64,000 nt of DNA from the human T2T-CHM13v2.0 reference genome, Homo sapiens. Below, in pieces: positions 49,925 through 61,949 of this stretch (position 1 is the stretch's first letter; every line of letters begins with the position of its first letter). The DNA lies in assembly GCF_009914755.1 (NCBI RefSeq), contig NC_060929.1. One strand, given 5' to 3'. Position numbers and translations under genes: made by a program. The notes beneath the pieces are model-generated. The model did not search any database. It was given only the letters and a program-made list of their open reading frames with translations, and had not been told where the DNA came from.

Positions 49925-52900
49925 TCATGATTCCAACGATCTCAATGAATGCTCCAGAAATTTAGTCTTCTGTTGAATTTTAAAACCAATTTATTGAAAA
50001 AATAGGCTGAATACAGGGAACCTGAAATTTACCAGAGTAAGAAAATATCCTGCTGGGGTAAAATAAGCAAAATCTCTGCTAAGTAACAGATCATATTTCT
50101 TCTGATCTATCTAAGAATTAGCACACACTGTTGAAAAGGGAAGTATGCTTTTGAACATTAAATATGTGGTCTTCAGGCGCTGATAGTAAAGGCTACTAGG
50201 AAGGGCTAGAGCTTTTTCAGGTAAGCACATGGTCCCCTAGTTGTTCTCCAACAGAAGTTTCAATCATACTTGTCAAAGATATCATAAAGTTTTTAAAAGG
50301 ATGAAATTTTTTTTTCCTTTCACTTTTTTCTCCTTTGAGTCTCCTCCCTCCAGAAGCATTTATCTCTATGTGAGCCTACTAAGATTCTGTCAGGTTCCCT
50401 GTCTAGGTACCCAGTAGAGACTAGGGCTAACCCACAATGGCCATGACTTCTTTCTTCCCCGCAGGATGGGCACACAGAAAAAAAATAATAATAAGAGCAT
50501 ACCAGAAAATTGTAAGGAAACAGATGATTAAGAAAATGGGGAATTTAGATTCTAGTAACATTTTAACATTCTGTGAAAGTCAGGGGAACATGATATGCCA
50601 ACCAGAGGGAGAGAGCATTATCAAGCACTCAGTAACAAATCTGTGGATCTGTCAACCAAAATGTTAGTAAGATGCTTCTTTTGCCAAGATCCTTAAGATT
50701 AATGGGGAAAATCTGAATTATACAAACACCATAGCTTTAATAACTATGAGAGAAAAGTCTCTGAGAGATTATTACGAATATAGAAACACTTCAAGTCCTA
50801 CAAATGCATATACATTATACTAACAAGGAAAAGCCTGGATATAGAACTAAAGAGGGTCATTTCACTCTCTCTCCTCTCTCTCTCTCTTTCTCTGTCTTTC
50901 ATACATTCTCTAAAGCAATAAAAGGTTGTCAGATCAACCAATAAACCTCTAAAACTCCAAAATATGTCTGAAATCACAAAATAATATTCTTTGCATGATG
51001 AAATGTACTCTGTCTCTGATTACATAGACCTCAATGTGAGAGTGCCTTGGCCTCTATTATTTAAAGAATACTATGGAAACAAAAACTTTAATACAGTAAA
51101 TCTGCGGTTGTAAACTGCTATCACATAAATTAAGTCTGGTTTATCAATAGTTTTTGGCCTCAGATATCTATTTTATTAATATTCTGAACAATCTGAATCC
51201 CTAGAAACACTGGACTTCCAGGCCTATGTGGGGCATACGCTCATCTTTTCAGCCCTCTCCTTCATGCCACTCTCTTACCACTTCATTTAGGGATTTGAAT
51301 TAGCAACTCTAGAAACAAATATAAAAATAGCAGTGAGGCAATTAATAAATACAGGCTGGGAGAGGTCAAGAATAAATTATGTTGCTGAATAGCTAACCTT
51401 AAAGATATCACTAATAAAAGTAAACTAAAACCTTGCTGTTTGAGGGTTTTTTATGTAAAACAACTAATTTGACCAATTAGCTATACATGTGGTTATAAAT
51501 TAGGCAATATATTCAGCTAAAGAAAAGCAAGGCCCTCTAGATACCCATGTTGTAGAAGCTGTCACTTAATGACATAAATAAGCTCTACGCCAAACAGAAA
51601 ATGCAATCATAATTAGTGGTTTTTTTCTAAGTAAAAAAATGCAATAGTCAAAACACTCATAAACAATTATAGACAAGTTCCTTAAAGTTCTGAGATTATT
51701 AGCTGGGGCTTATTAACCACAAATACTCAACAAACAGTCACTTGGTAATTATGCTAGGAACACTCTTGTTAACTTAGAACCAATTCTAAGAACTGATGGT
51801 GAAAACCAACACAATTAAAATGAAACTAGAGAGCTGTACTGAGGGGGATGAACTCAGGAAACCCAAGCTCTGTTGGATTGTGGAGACTTGAGAGAATCCA
51901 TGGGGTTAGAACATTCAAAGTAGTCACTTTTGACAGCCTGAGTACAGTTAAGCCATTGGTGTTGTGTGTTGCGGAGGTGGCATCAGGTTTCTGGCAAGCT
52001 GCACTGGAATGAAGGAAGCAATACCTCATGACATTTGCCACGCCATATGGCAGGTGGAGGTTTTGCAGAATGCCATGCAGTGTCACCTCATCACAGGAAC
52101 TGTTCTAGTGAGTGTTACTTGATACATGTAGCTTGCGAAGGAGTTCAAATTCCTGTAGATGATTACATTATCCAGAGGAAAAGACAAGGGCTGAGATAAC
52201 CTGAGAATTCTGGAGGAGCCAAGCCAAGAAAGAAATTCTGTATACAGTGAGAATAAACTAGAAATTAGAGGACCAGCAAAAGTCAGGGGAACAATACTCA
52301 ATGGATCAATATTTACTGAGCTTTGAATAAAGTGACTAAGGATGTGGGATCTAGGTCAGACTGGTAATTAATGTTACTTCCATTTCTATTGCAATTTTCT
52401 CCAAAAAATAAGCATAATTGCTATTTATTATGTACTTATTGTGTGCTAGGTACTGCGCTTTATGCTTTTCCTGCTTTAGGATGCTTAATGAACATTTGCT
52501 GACTGAAGGGATGAGTTAATTCTTCCAGCCACCCTGCAAGGATTACAGATGAGAAGTTAAGCATCTTGTTCAAGCTGTGCTACTAACAGACAAAAGAAAT
52601 AAAATAAAATCTAAGTCTGCCTCACTCCAAATCCCACGAATTTTCTACTGTTGCTTTGGGCATAGCGTTGATAAATGAGCAAAGTTACAAGTCACCAATA
52701 ACCACTCAACGAGTAGTATCAGAGTAGAATAAGAAAGAGAATGGCTGAAAGAAGTGCAGCAAGAAGAGTCTGAACAATATCTGGGGACATGGAAATGATA
52801 TGAGGGGCAGTGACTTTGATAGATGGAAGCTTAGAAAGTGAGAATGCTGGACTTGGATTAGGTACTCACCTTCTGATCGCAGACATTAAGAATCTGCTTG

Positions 52901-53907
52901 TCATGAGGCATGATTTCTTGTAGGATGTAGGCTCAATATCTCTGAATGGTGCTCTCTATAGAATGTTCTATTTCTGGGGCTGGGAAGGTTGGGGGGAATG
53001 AATGAAAAGATTGTGCAATATGCGTGCGGTCTCAGATGCAGGTCTTTCTTGACTCTGAATGCTCACATGGTTGTGGCTCCCAAAGTCTGGGGTCTCATTA
53101 AAGTATTCTCTCACTTTATGCACATAATGAGTTCACAGGAGGAGGGATTCAAGCAGCCAGCATTTTTCATCTCCTTATCTATCTCTGTGGACTTTCATCT
53201 GTAACCAACTATGGGACTTGTAAGCTGGGACGGTGGGGACCCATCTGACATTATGCCTGCAATTCATTACCACCTCCTACGCCCTCCTGGAAGAATTTTC
53301 AAACAGTTCTTCCAACAACAATCCAGCTAATATGTATATTCTCCTGGAGTAGTGGCTCTACTTGTCCAGACAACATTATGCTTGCCCCATGCCGGTGTAG
53401 ACATCTCTGCAGACCATAAAAATTATTGTGTCAAGCAGTTAAGCCATTAGGCTATTGGGTACAAGAATTGATCTGCTACCAATGCCATTTGCTAATGCCA
53501 TCCAGTGTAGGATAGATGCAAGAAGCTGAAGCTCAGCCAGTGGACTTTGTTTTACAAATGCAGCTGCTTCTCAATTATCCTGAATAATGAGGAACAGAAA
53601 CTGCCTGAGAACAATGATGGATAGGTCTCAAGCTGTTTTCAGTAAAGTACATCTCCTATAGGAGGGTTATAACAAAACCACACAAAGAGTATGTGTCCCT
53701 CAATATAAAGTGAGGACACCTAGACTGATTTTGAACTTATATTTCTAAGTTACACGGATGTTAAACATTGAATTGCAGCTGAAGCAGATGGACATAACTC
53801 CAGAAATCCAGGGAGGCTGCCAAAAAGCCCAAGCTAACAGATTGCTGTAGCCATATAAAATAGGTCAAGTTGGACCTTATGCATGCTCCAGGGAAAGCTC
53901 TGAGACC

Positions 53908-53945
53908 CACACACATGCACACACGCATGCGCACGTGCACGCGCG

Positions 53946-53979
<34 letters not shown>
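53908..53979. repeat. 72-bp alternating purine-pyrimidine tract: CA/CG/TG mix followed by (CA)n
   Basis: cacacacatgcacacacgcatgcgcacgtgcacgcgcgcatacacaca…. Confidence 0.95.
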
Positions 53980-53982
<3 letters not shown>

Positions 53983-55559
53983 ATTTGAGACATAAAGCCC
54001 TGATTATGTAGATATTCTATATATGCATATATAAATATCCTTATATGTACCTGCATCTATATCTATATACATACAGCTAAGCAGAAAGTGACATTTCCAC
54101 ACTAAAGTCCTGTTCTGCAGAAATCATTTTTAAATACAAGCTGCAATTGTTGTAGTATGGGTAAGGCTGTGCATACCAAAGTCCTGATATTTGCAGTAAC
54201 TGAACCCCTTTGGAAGAAGTCTAAATTAGCATCAACAATCCTGAATTCTATACAAATAAAAACTATGTATTTTGACTCTAGAATATCACCAAAGGAGACA
54301 TTCTAGATCTTCAAAGGCAATATGTTAAAGCATTCTGGATAAAATTTGAAGCATGGGAACATTTCATCTGCTTCATCATGGAAATCTGTTGCAATTATTA
54401 CTAACAAAATCAAGTGTCTTCAATTAGTGAAGTCTGTTTCTAAGGAACATACATTGTTTCCAAATTACCATGGCTTCCTCCACTCTTGTAACCTACTGTA
54501 ATTTTTTCCACAAGGGTTATTAAGTAATTCTGTTTGTCTAAAGCTGCCCAGAAAGTATCCCTTCCAAGTACTATTCTTTTACATTTTTGTTCAGAGCAGA
54601 GCTGTTGGATGATGCCTCACTGTTAGACCAGCTTTAGTAATCCCATTAAATAATGCAATAACAAGGGATACTTGAAACATGGGACAGCTGTATAAAAAAG
54701 ATTTTCAGGTACACTGGAGGTGGATTATTATGGCATCTCCCAGATGCTGATTTTTGCCTTGGAATCACCCAAACTAACCCCTGATGGGCATCTGTACCCT
54801 GAAGCTTATCACAGACTCTTGTGTCTCTGCCTCTGCTCCCGCTCATAGGGAAGCTAACACTGGTCCAAGTCCTATTTCAGAGCTTAAATAATGAATTAAG
54901 TGTTTTGGAAATAACTCCTTTATTAAGGAGTAACTGCTGGCTCAAATCTTTGGCCAAGTGTCTCATTCTATGATTCCTGTCTGCCTGCCTGGACTCTATT
55001 TTCCTTACCTTGTCACCTTCTAAACCTGGACTTGCAATATGCAGGTGGAAATGCAGAAAATCCACCCAGAAGAGCCTGTTGAAAGGCTATTTGTAGTTGC
55101 ATAGGGTAATTTTGTCAGTCACTGTTATCATTTCCTATTCTAGAGTTTTCCAAATGTCAAAGTTGTTAATCATATAGAGGACTGGTTATGAAGACAAGAA
55201 TTACAGGGTATCTTGCCCTCAGAATTTGAGAGGTGAGGTGGAAAGCAAGATGTCTCTTCATTCCTCATGATTAGTTTTCATTATTTAGCGCACAATAAAC
55301 AATTGGGCATTTAGTTTATTCTTTTCCCTGACTTCTCGAACTATGAGACTGTTTGCTAACTGTAGGTTAGAGCCTTGTCTCACGAAACAAATTTATTAGA
55401 ACATGACCAGTGAAAATAATAAAATATATCAGAAGTGAGGACATGTTCTTTCACATGCATATATACAAAACGTGTGAACTACAGAAAGATGAGAAATGCA
55501 TTTTTTTGTACTGTGGATTGAGACTGAAAAAATAAAAATTTTTAAATGGCCAAGGTTTT

Positions 55560-55715
55560 ACATCAAGATTCATATATTCAGAGACCTACAGGGGCCAGGC
55601 AGATAACATATATTTATACTCAGGCCAAGGACTAGCCACAACAAGATTGTAGGTGCCATGGATAACCGGAGAGTGCATGCCCCATTTAATCTGTAAATGC
55701 AAGTCAATTTAAAAA
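55560..55715. mobile_element. MER102-like hAT fragment, apparently resuming at ~60425-60490
   Basis: cctacaggggccaggcagataac…ccggagagtgcatgcccc. Confidence 0.5.
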
Positions 55716-57380
55716 AAAATAATTAATTTAAAAATTTTAATTTTTCGGATACACAGTAGGTATATATGTATGGGATATTTGAGATATTTTGATACAGGCA
55801 TACAATGTGTAATAATCACATCAGTGTAAATGGGGTATCCATCACCCCAACCATTTGTCCTTTCTTTGTGTTATAAACAATCCAATTATACTCTTTTAGT
55901 TATTTTTAAATGTGCGATAAATTATGTTAACTGTGGTCACCATGTTGTGCTATCAAATACTAAATCTTATTCATTCCACCTAACTATATTTTTTTACCCA
56001 TTAACCATTCCCATTTCTACCCTCCTTCAAATACCTTTCCCAGTCTCTGGTAACTATCATTCTACTCTCTATCTCCATGTGTTCAATTGTTTTAGTTTTT
56101 AGCTGTCACAAGTAAGTAAGAACACGTAAAGTTCATCTTTCTGTGCCTGGCTTATTTCACTTAACGTAATGACCTCCAGTTCCATCCCTGTTGCTGCAAA
56201 TGACAGAATCTCTTTATTTTTATGTCTAAATAGTACTCCATTGTATTAATACCACATTTTCTTTATCTGTTCATCTGTTGATGGACACTTGGGTTGCTTT
56301 CAGATCTTAGTTGTGAATAGTGCTGCAAGAAACATGAGAGTGTAGACACTTTTTTGATATACTAATTTGTTTTCTTTTAGGTATATACCTAGCAGTGGGA
56401 TTGCTGGATCATATTTTTAGTTTTAGCTCTATTTTTAGTTTTTTGAGGAACTTCTAAACTGTTCTCCACAGTGGTTATATTAATTTACATTCCCACCAAG
56501 AGTGTACAGGGTTCACTTTTCCCTACATCCTCACTAGCATTGGTTATTGCCTCTTTTTGGATAAAAAGCCATTTTAACTGGGATGAGATGATATCTCATT
56601 GTAGTTTTAATTTGCATTTATCTGATGATCAATGATATTGAACACCTTTTCACATACTTGTTTGCCATTTGTATGTCTTCTTTTGAGAAATGTCTATTCA
56701 AATCTTTTGCCCATTTTTAAATCAGATTATAGGTTTTTTTCTGATTGAGTTGTTTGAGCTCCTTATATATCATGGTTATTAATCAATTGTCACAGGAATA
56801 GTTTGCAAATATATTCTCCCATTCTGTGGGTTGTCTCTTCATTTTGTTGATTGTTTCCTTTACTGTGCAGAAGCACTTTAACTTGATGTGATGTCATTTG
56901 TCTTTTTTTTGCTTTGGCTGCCTGTACTTTCAGGCTATTACTCAGGAAATCTTTGCCCAGCCTAATGTCCTAGAGAGTTTCCCCAGTGTTTTCTTTTAGT
57001 AGTTTCATAGTTTCAGGTCTTATATTTAAGTCTTTAATCCATTTAATTTGATTTTTGTATATAGTGAGAAATAGGGGTCCAGTTTTACTCTTCTGCATAC
57101 GGATGTTCAGTTTTCCCAGCACCATTTATTGAAGAGATTGTCCTTTTCTCAGTATATGTTCTTGGCATCTTTGCTGAAAATGAGCTCACTGTAGATGTAT
57201 GGATTTGTTTCTGTGTTCTCTATTCTATTCTATCATTCTATGAGTCTGTTTCTATGACAGCACCACGCTGTTTTTGTTATTATAGCCCTATAGTACAATT
57301 TGAAGTCAGGTAATGTGATTCCATCAATTTTGCTCTTTTTGCTCAGAATTCTGCATTTTTTGTGGTTCCATATAATTTTT

Positions 57381-57619
57381 CTCAGCTCACTGCAACCTCC
57401 ACCTCCTGGATTTAAACGATTCTCCTGCCTCAGCTTCCTGAGTAGCTGGGATTATAGGAGCCTGCCACCATGCTCAGCTAATTTTTTTTTTTTTTTTAAA
57501 TTGGAGGCAGGGTTTTACCATGTTGGCCAGGCTGGTCTTGAACTCCTGACCTCAGGTGATCCTCTTTTCTTGGCCTTCCAAAGTGTTGGGATTACAGGCA
57601 TGAACCACTGTGCCCAGTC
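57381..57619 (-). mobile_element. AluS lacking its 3' ~50 nt and polyA
   Basis: Starts at ctcagctcactgcaacctcc; flanked by gttccatata(a/c)attt on both sides. Confidence 0.85.
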
Positions 57620-57687
57620 AGTTCCATATACATTTTAGGGTTTGTTTTTTTTTTTTGTCTATTTCTGTGAATAATGTCATTGGTATT

Positions 57688-57795
57688 GTCTTAGCGCGGC
57701 CAGATGCCCCTTTCAGGTTTGTTTTCTCTAAAATAAACCTGTGTTGACCGTCAAACCACTTTTTTTGTTTCTTTCCTCTTTCTTTAATTCTTACA
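57688..57795 (+). mobile_element. ERV LTR 3'-terminal fragment (family unresolved) inside the L1MA
   Basis: Non-L1 block with AATAAA at 57732 and an LTR-like end tttctttcctctttctttaattcttaca; L1 sequence is contiguous on both sides. Confidence 0.6.
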
Positions 57796-60499
57796 ATAAG
57801 GGGTTGCATTGAATTTGTAGATTGCTTTGGGTAGTATGGACATTTTAACAATATTGATCCTTCCAATTCCTGAACATAGAATATCTTTCTGTTTTTTTGT
57901 GTGTGTCCTCTTGAATTTCTTTCATCAATGTTTCATTTTTTTTTCATTGTAGAGATCTTTCATTTCTTTGGTTAAGTTACTTCTTAGGAATTTTATTTTA
58001 TTTGTAGCTATTGTAAATGAGATTACTTTCGTGGTTTTGTTTTTCAGATTGTTTGCTATTGGCATACAGAAATGCTACCTATTTTTACATGTTGATTTTG
58101 TATCCTGCAAATTTACTAAATTTGTTTATCAATTCTAATAATTTTTTGGTGGAATCTTCAAACAGGGACAATTTGACTTCTTCCTTTTTTGAGGGTTTTT
58201 ATCATGAAGGAATCTTGAATTTTTTCAAGTGCTTTTCAGCATCAACTGAAATGATCATGTGGGTTCTGTTCTTTATTCTGTTGATATGCTGTATCATGCT
58301 GATTGATTTGCATATGTTGAACCATCTTTGCATCCCTGGGATAAATCCCAGTTGGTCATGATAAATGAGCTTTTTAACATGTTGTTGAATTTGGTTTGCT
58401 AGTATTTTGTTGAGGTACTTTATAACAAATGCTTAGCAGGGGTACTGGCCAGTAGTTTTTGTTTGGTTTTGTATCAGGGTAATACTGGCCTCATAGAATG
58501 CATCTGGAAGTATTCCCTCATCCTCTATTTTTTGGAATAGTTTGGGTGGGATTGGTATTAGTCTTTAAATGTTTGGCAGAATTCAGCAGTGAAGCCATCA
58601 GGTCTTAGGCCTTTCTTTGTGGGGAGACTTTTTATTATGGCTTCAATCCTTTTACCTGTTATTGGTCTGTTCAGGTTTTGGATTTCTTCATGGTTCAATC
58701 TTGGTAGGTTGTACATGTCTAGGAATTTATCCATTTCTTCCAGGTTTTCCAATTTATTGGTATATAGCTGCTCATAGTAGCCTTAATGTCCTTTGTGTTT
58801 CTGCAGTATTGATTGTAATGTCTGCTTTTTCATCTCTAATTTTGTTTACTTGGGTTTTCTCACTTTTTTTCTTAGATAGTCTGGCTAAAGTTTTGTTAAT
58901 TTTATTTCTCTTTTCAAAAATTCACCTTTTCATTTTGTTGATCTTTTGTATTGTCTTCATTTCATTTTTATTTATTTCTGCTGTGCTCTTTATTGTTTCT
59001 TTTTTTCTACTAATTTTGGGTTTGGTTTGCTCTGGCTTTTCTAGGTCTTTAAGATGCATCATTAGATTGTTTATTTGAAATATTTCTACTTGTTTGATGT
59101 AGGCATTTATAACTATAAACTTTTCTCTTAGTACTGCTTTTTCTGTATCCCATAGGTTGTTGTATTTACACTATCATTTGTTTCAAGACATTTTCCAATT
59201 TCCCTCTTAACTTCTTCATTGACCCACTTGTCATTCAGGAGCATATTGTTTAATTTCTATGTGTTTGTATACTTTCCAAAATTCCTCTTGTTGTTGATTT
59301 CTAGTTTCATTTCATTGTGATCAGAGAAGATACTTGATATAAGTTCAATTTTCTGAATTCTTTAAGATTTATTTTGTGGCCAAACGTATGGTCTTCACTT
59401 GAGGATCATCCATATTCTGAGGAGAAGAATGTATATTCTGCAGTCACTGGATAAAATGTTCTGCAAATATCTATTAGGTCCATTTGATCTACAATGCAGC
59501 TTAATTCTAAAGTTTCTTCATTGATTTTCTGTCTGCATGATCTGTCCAGTGGTGAAAGTGGGGTGTTGCTGTCTCTGGCTATTATTGTGTTGGGGTCTAT
59601 CTCTCTCTTTAGTTCTAATAATATTTGCTTTATATAGCTAGGTGCTCCAGTGTTTTGTGCATATATATTTTCAATTGTTATATTTTCTTGCTGAACTGAC
59701 CCCTTAACACTATATAATGATCTTTGTCTCTTTTCATAGTTTTTGTCTTCAAATCTGTTTTGTCTGATATAAGTAGGGCCACCTCTGCTCTTTTTTTGGT
59801 TTTCATTTGCATAAATGTCTATCTCTTTATTTTCAGTCTATGTTTGTCTTTTTAGGTGAGGTGTGTTTCTTGTAGGCAACCGATCATTGATTCTTGTGTT
59901 TTTATTCCTCAGCCACTCTGTGTCTTTTGATTGAAGAGTTTAGTCCATTTACATTCAATGTTATTACTGATAAGTAAGGACATACTCCTGCCATTTTAAA
60001 AAATTTGTTTTCTGGGTTTTTATTTTTTTGTGGTCTTCTCTTCTTTCCTTCCTTCCTGTCTTCCTTTTAGTGAAGGTGATTTTTCTCTGATGATATGTTT
60101 AATTACTTGCTTTTTAATTTTTTGTTTGTATCTGTTGCATGTTTTTGATTTGAGGTTACCATGAGGCTTGCAAATAATATCTTATAACCCATTATTTTAA
60201 ACTGATTACTTACCATCGATTGTTTACACAAACAAACAAATAAGCCAAGCGAAAACTAATAAACTCCACACTTTAACTTAATCACCCCATTTTTTAACTT
60301 TTTGTTGTTTCTATTTATATTTTATTTTGCAATCTATGTCTTGAAAAATTGTTCAATTTGGTGTTCCTGTGGGGAGGATAATCAGTGGAAGCTTCTATTC
60401 AGCCATCTTGCTTCACTTCCTCCATGAGTCAATATTTTAAAACACAAAAGCCTCTGTGCAGGCCTAAGAGAAGGCATTGGCACAATAGCCCCTTACTTC

Positions 60500-61740
60500 C
60501 TTCAAGGATCTGCTTGGATGTCATTTCCTTAGGAAAACCTTCCCCAGACTAGACACGGACCCTCTGTTGTATGCTCTTCTAGCACCATATACTTTCCGTC
60601 AAAACATTTATTAGAATTTTATCTAATCTGTGTGACTATTTGTTTAATGACACTACCCACAAAATCAGGGCTTTTGCCTGCTCAGGTCACTTCTGTGGCC
60701 TCAGTTCCTCATTCAGTATCTGGCACATAATAGGTATATAATGAATATTTGTAGGATGCATCAATGAGACCATCAGGAGGAATATCAAGTAGTACAAGTT
60801 TAGTAGTGCATTGTAAAAACAGTATTTTCAGAAATTATTTCATGGCTTATTCATTTATCTGGCAAACACATATTGAGTACCTACCAGATTCTAAGACCTT
60901 CATTGTATATTGAAGATAGAAAACAGATTATGTGATAGTCATTACCCTCATGAAGTTTACAATCTAATTATACCATTAAAATTAGCATTTAAATATTATT
61001 AAATAAGATAATCATAGTGCTTTTTTAAACGGTAAAACATAGTTTTTAAGTAATTTTTAAAACATGGCATCTCATTCATTCTGATTCTGGTTATCATCTT
61101 CACACATATTTTCATTATGATTTCATTTTCCATTGACATAATCTGATGGAAACTTGGAGAAAATAAAAGCAATATAATTTAAACCATGTTTGTGCAGAAA
61201 CTGCCAAATAAAAAGAAAATAAAGAATTGGTTTGGAATTATGAAGACATCAATGCATTTGCATTAAGTGTAACAGGAGCTAAATCACTTCTACCTATTAG
61301 TAAATTCACCTGGGAAGGAGCCAATAAGCATGTTGTCCAATTATGAGATGCAGTTGGCTTCTGGAATATGAAAAAGGTAAACATAAAAATGAAAAATGTA
61401 ACTTTATGACTGCCAAGAATGTTCTGAACATTATTCTTTGTGCACCCTAAGGGTGTTAGAAGCAAGAAAAGATGAGAAAAAAAGCCTGGTCTCTGATGGT
61501 TTTTCCTTGACCTTAAGACAAGAGTATGATGATAGAAATAGGTTTGGGTTTTAATTGCAAGTCATTTTCTATGTAATTTTACACAAGTTAATTAATTAAC
61601 TTGAGACAGTTTCCTCCTTTGCAAAATGGAAATGATAATTCTTAATTTATAGTGAATATTAGAGATCCTGTATGTTAAATATGCAGCATATTGCGTAGAC
61701 CATGGTGCTATATAAGTGATGCTACTAATTATCATTCTAT
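60500..61740. mobile_element. Decayed L2 (~60500-60770 +, ~60840-60970 -) and MIR (~61500-61740 +) fragments
   Basis: cagtatctggcacataataggtatataatgaatatttg; attcatttatctggcaaacacatattgagtacctacc; cagtttcctcctttgcaaaatggaaatgataat. Confidence 0.6.
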
Positions 61741-61949
61741 AATATCCATAAGGGTAACATAATTTCGGCTGATTTGAATGGTAACTAAATAGATTCAGAA
61801 AGGGAATTATTACAAAAATTTTATTTTTGTACAGGTTTTCTACAAATCCCTTCAATAATCTAAACAATCATATAATGTGAATATATGGTTTGGGAAGGCA
61901 GTTTGAGAATATCTATCAGAAAGTATGTTTAAAAACCACATATAAAGCC

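Larger units (their letters stand above)
55730..60422 (-). mobile_element. L1MA2/3-like LINE-1 with a 5' tip but no ORF1
   Basis: L1MA 3'UTR; ORF2 remnants ([19 protein letters not shown]…PDGFTAEF); inter-ORF region; then an L1 5' terminus ggaggaagtgaagcaagatggctgaatagaagc. Confidence 0.87.

Noticed and set aside
51427-51452. Hairpin followed by a T-run resembling an intrinsic terminator
   Set aside because: Short imperfect stem expected by chance; not meaningful in human intergenic DNA
53761-53976. ORF MCVCVCVCV…
   Set aside because: Translation of a (TG)n microsatellite
58617-59078. 153-aa hydrophobic membrane-protein-like ORF
   Set aside because: Antisense of A-rich L1 ORF2 gives Phe/Leu/Ile-rich artefacts
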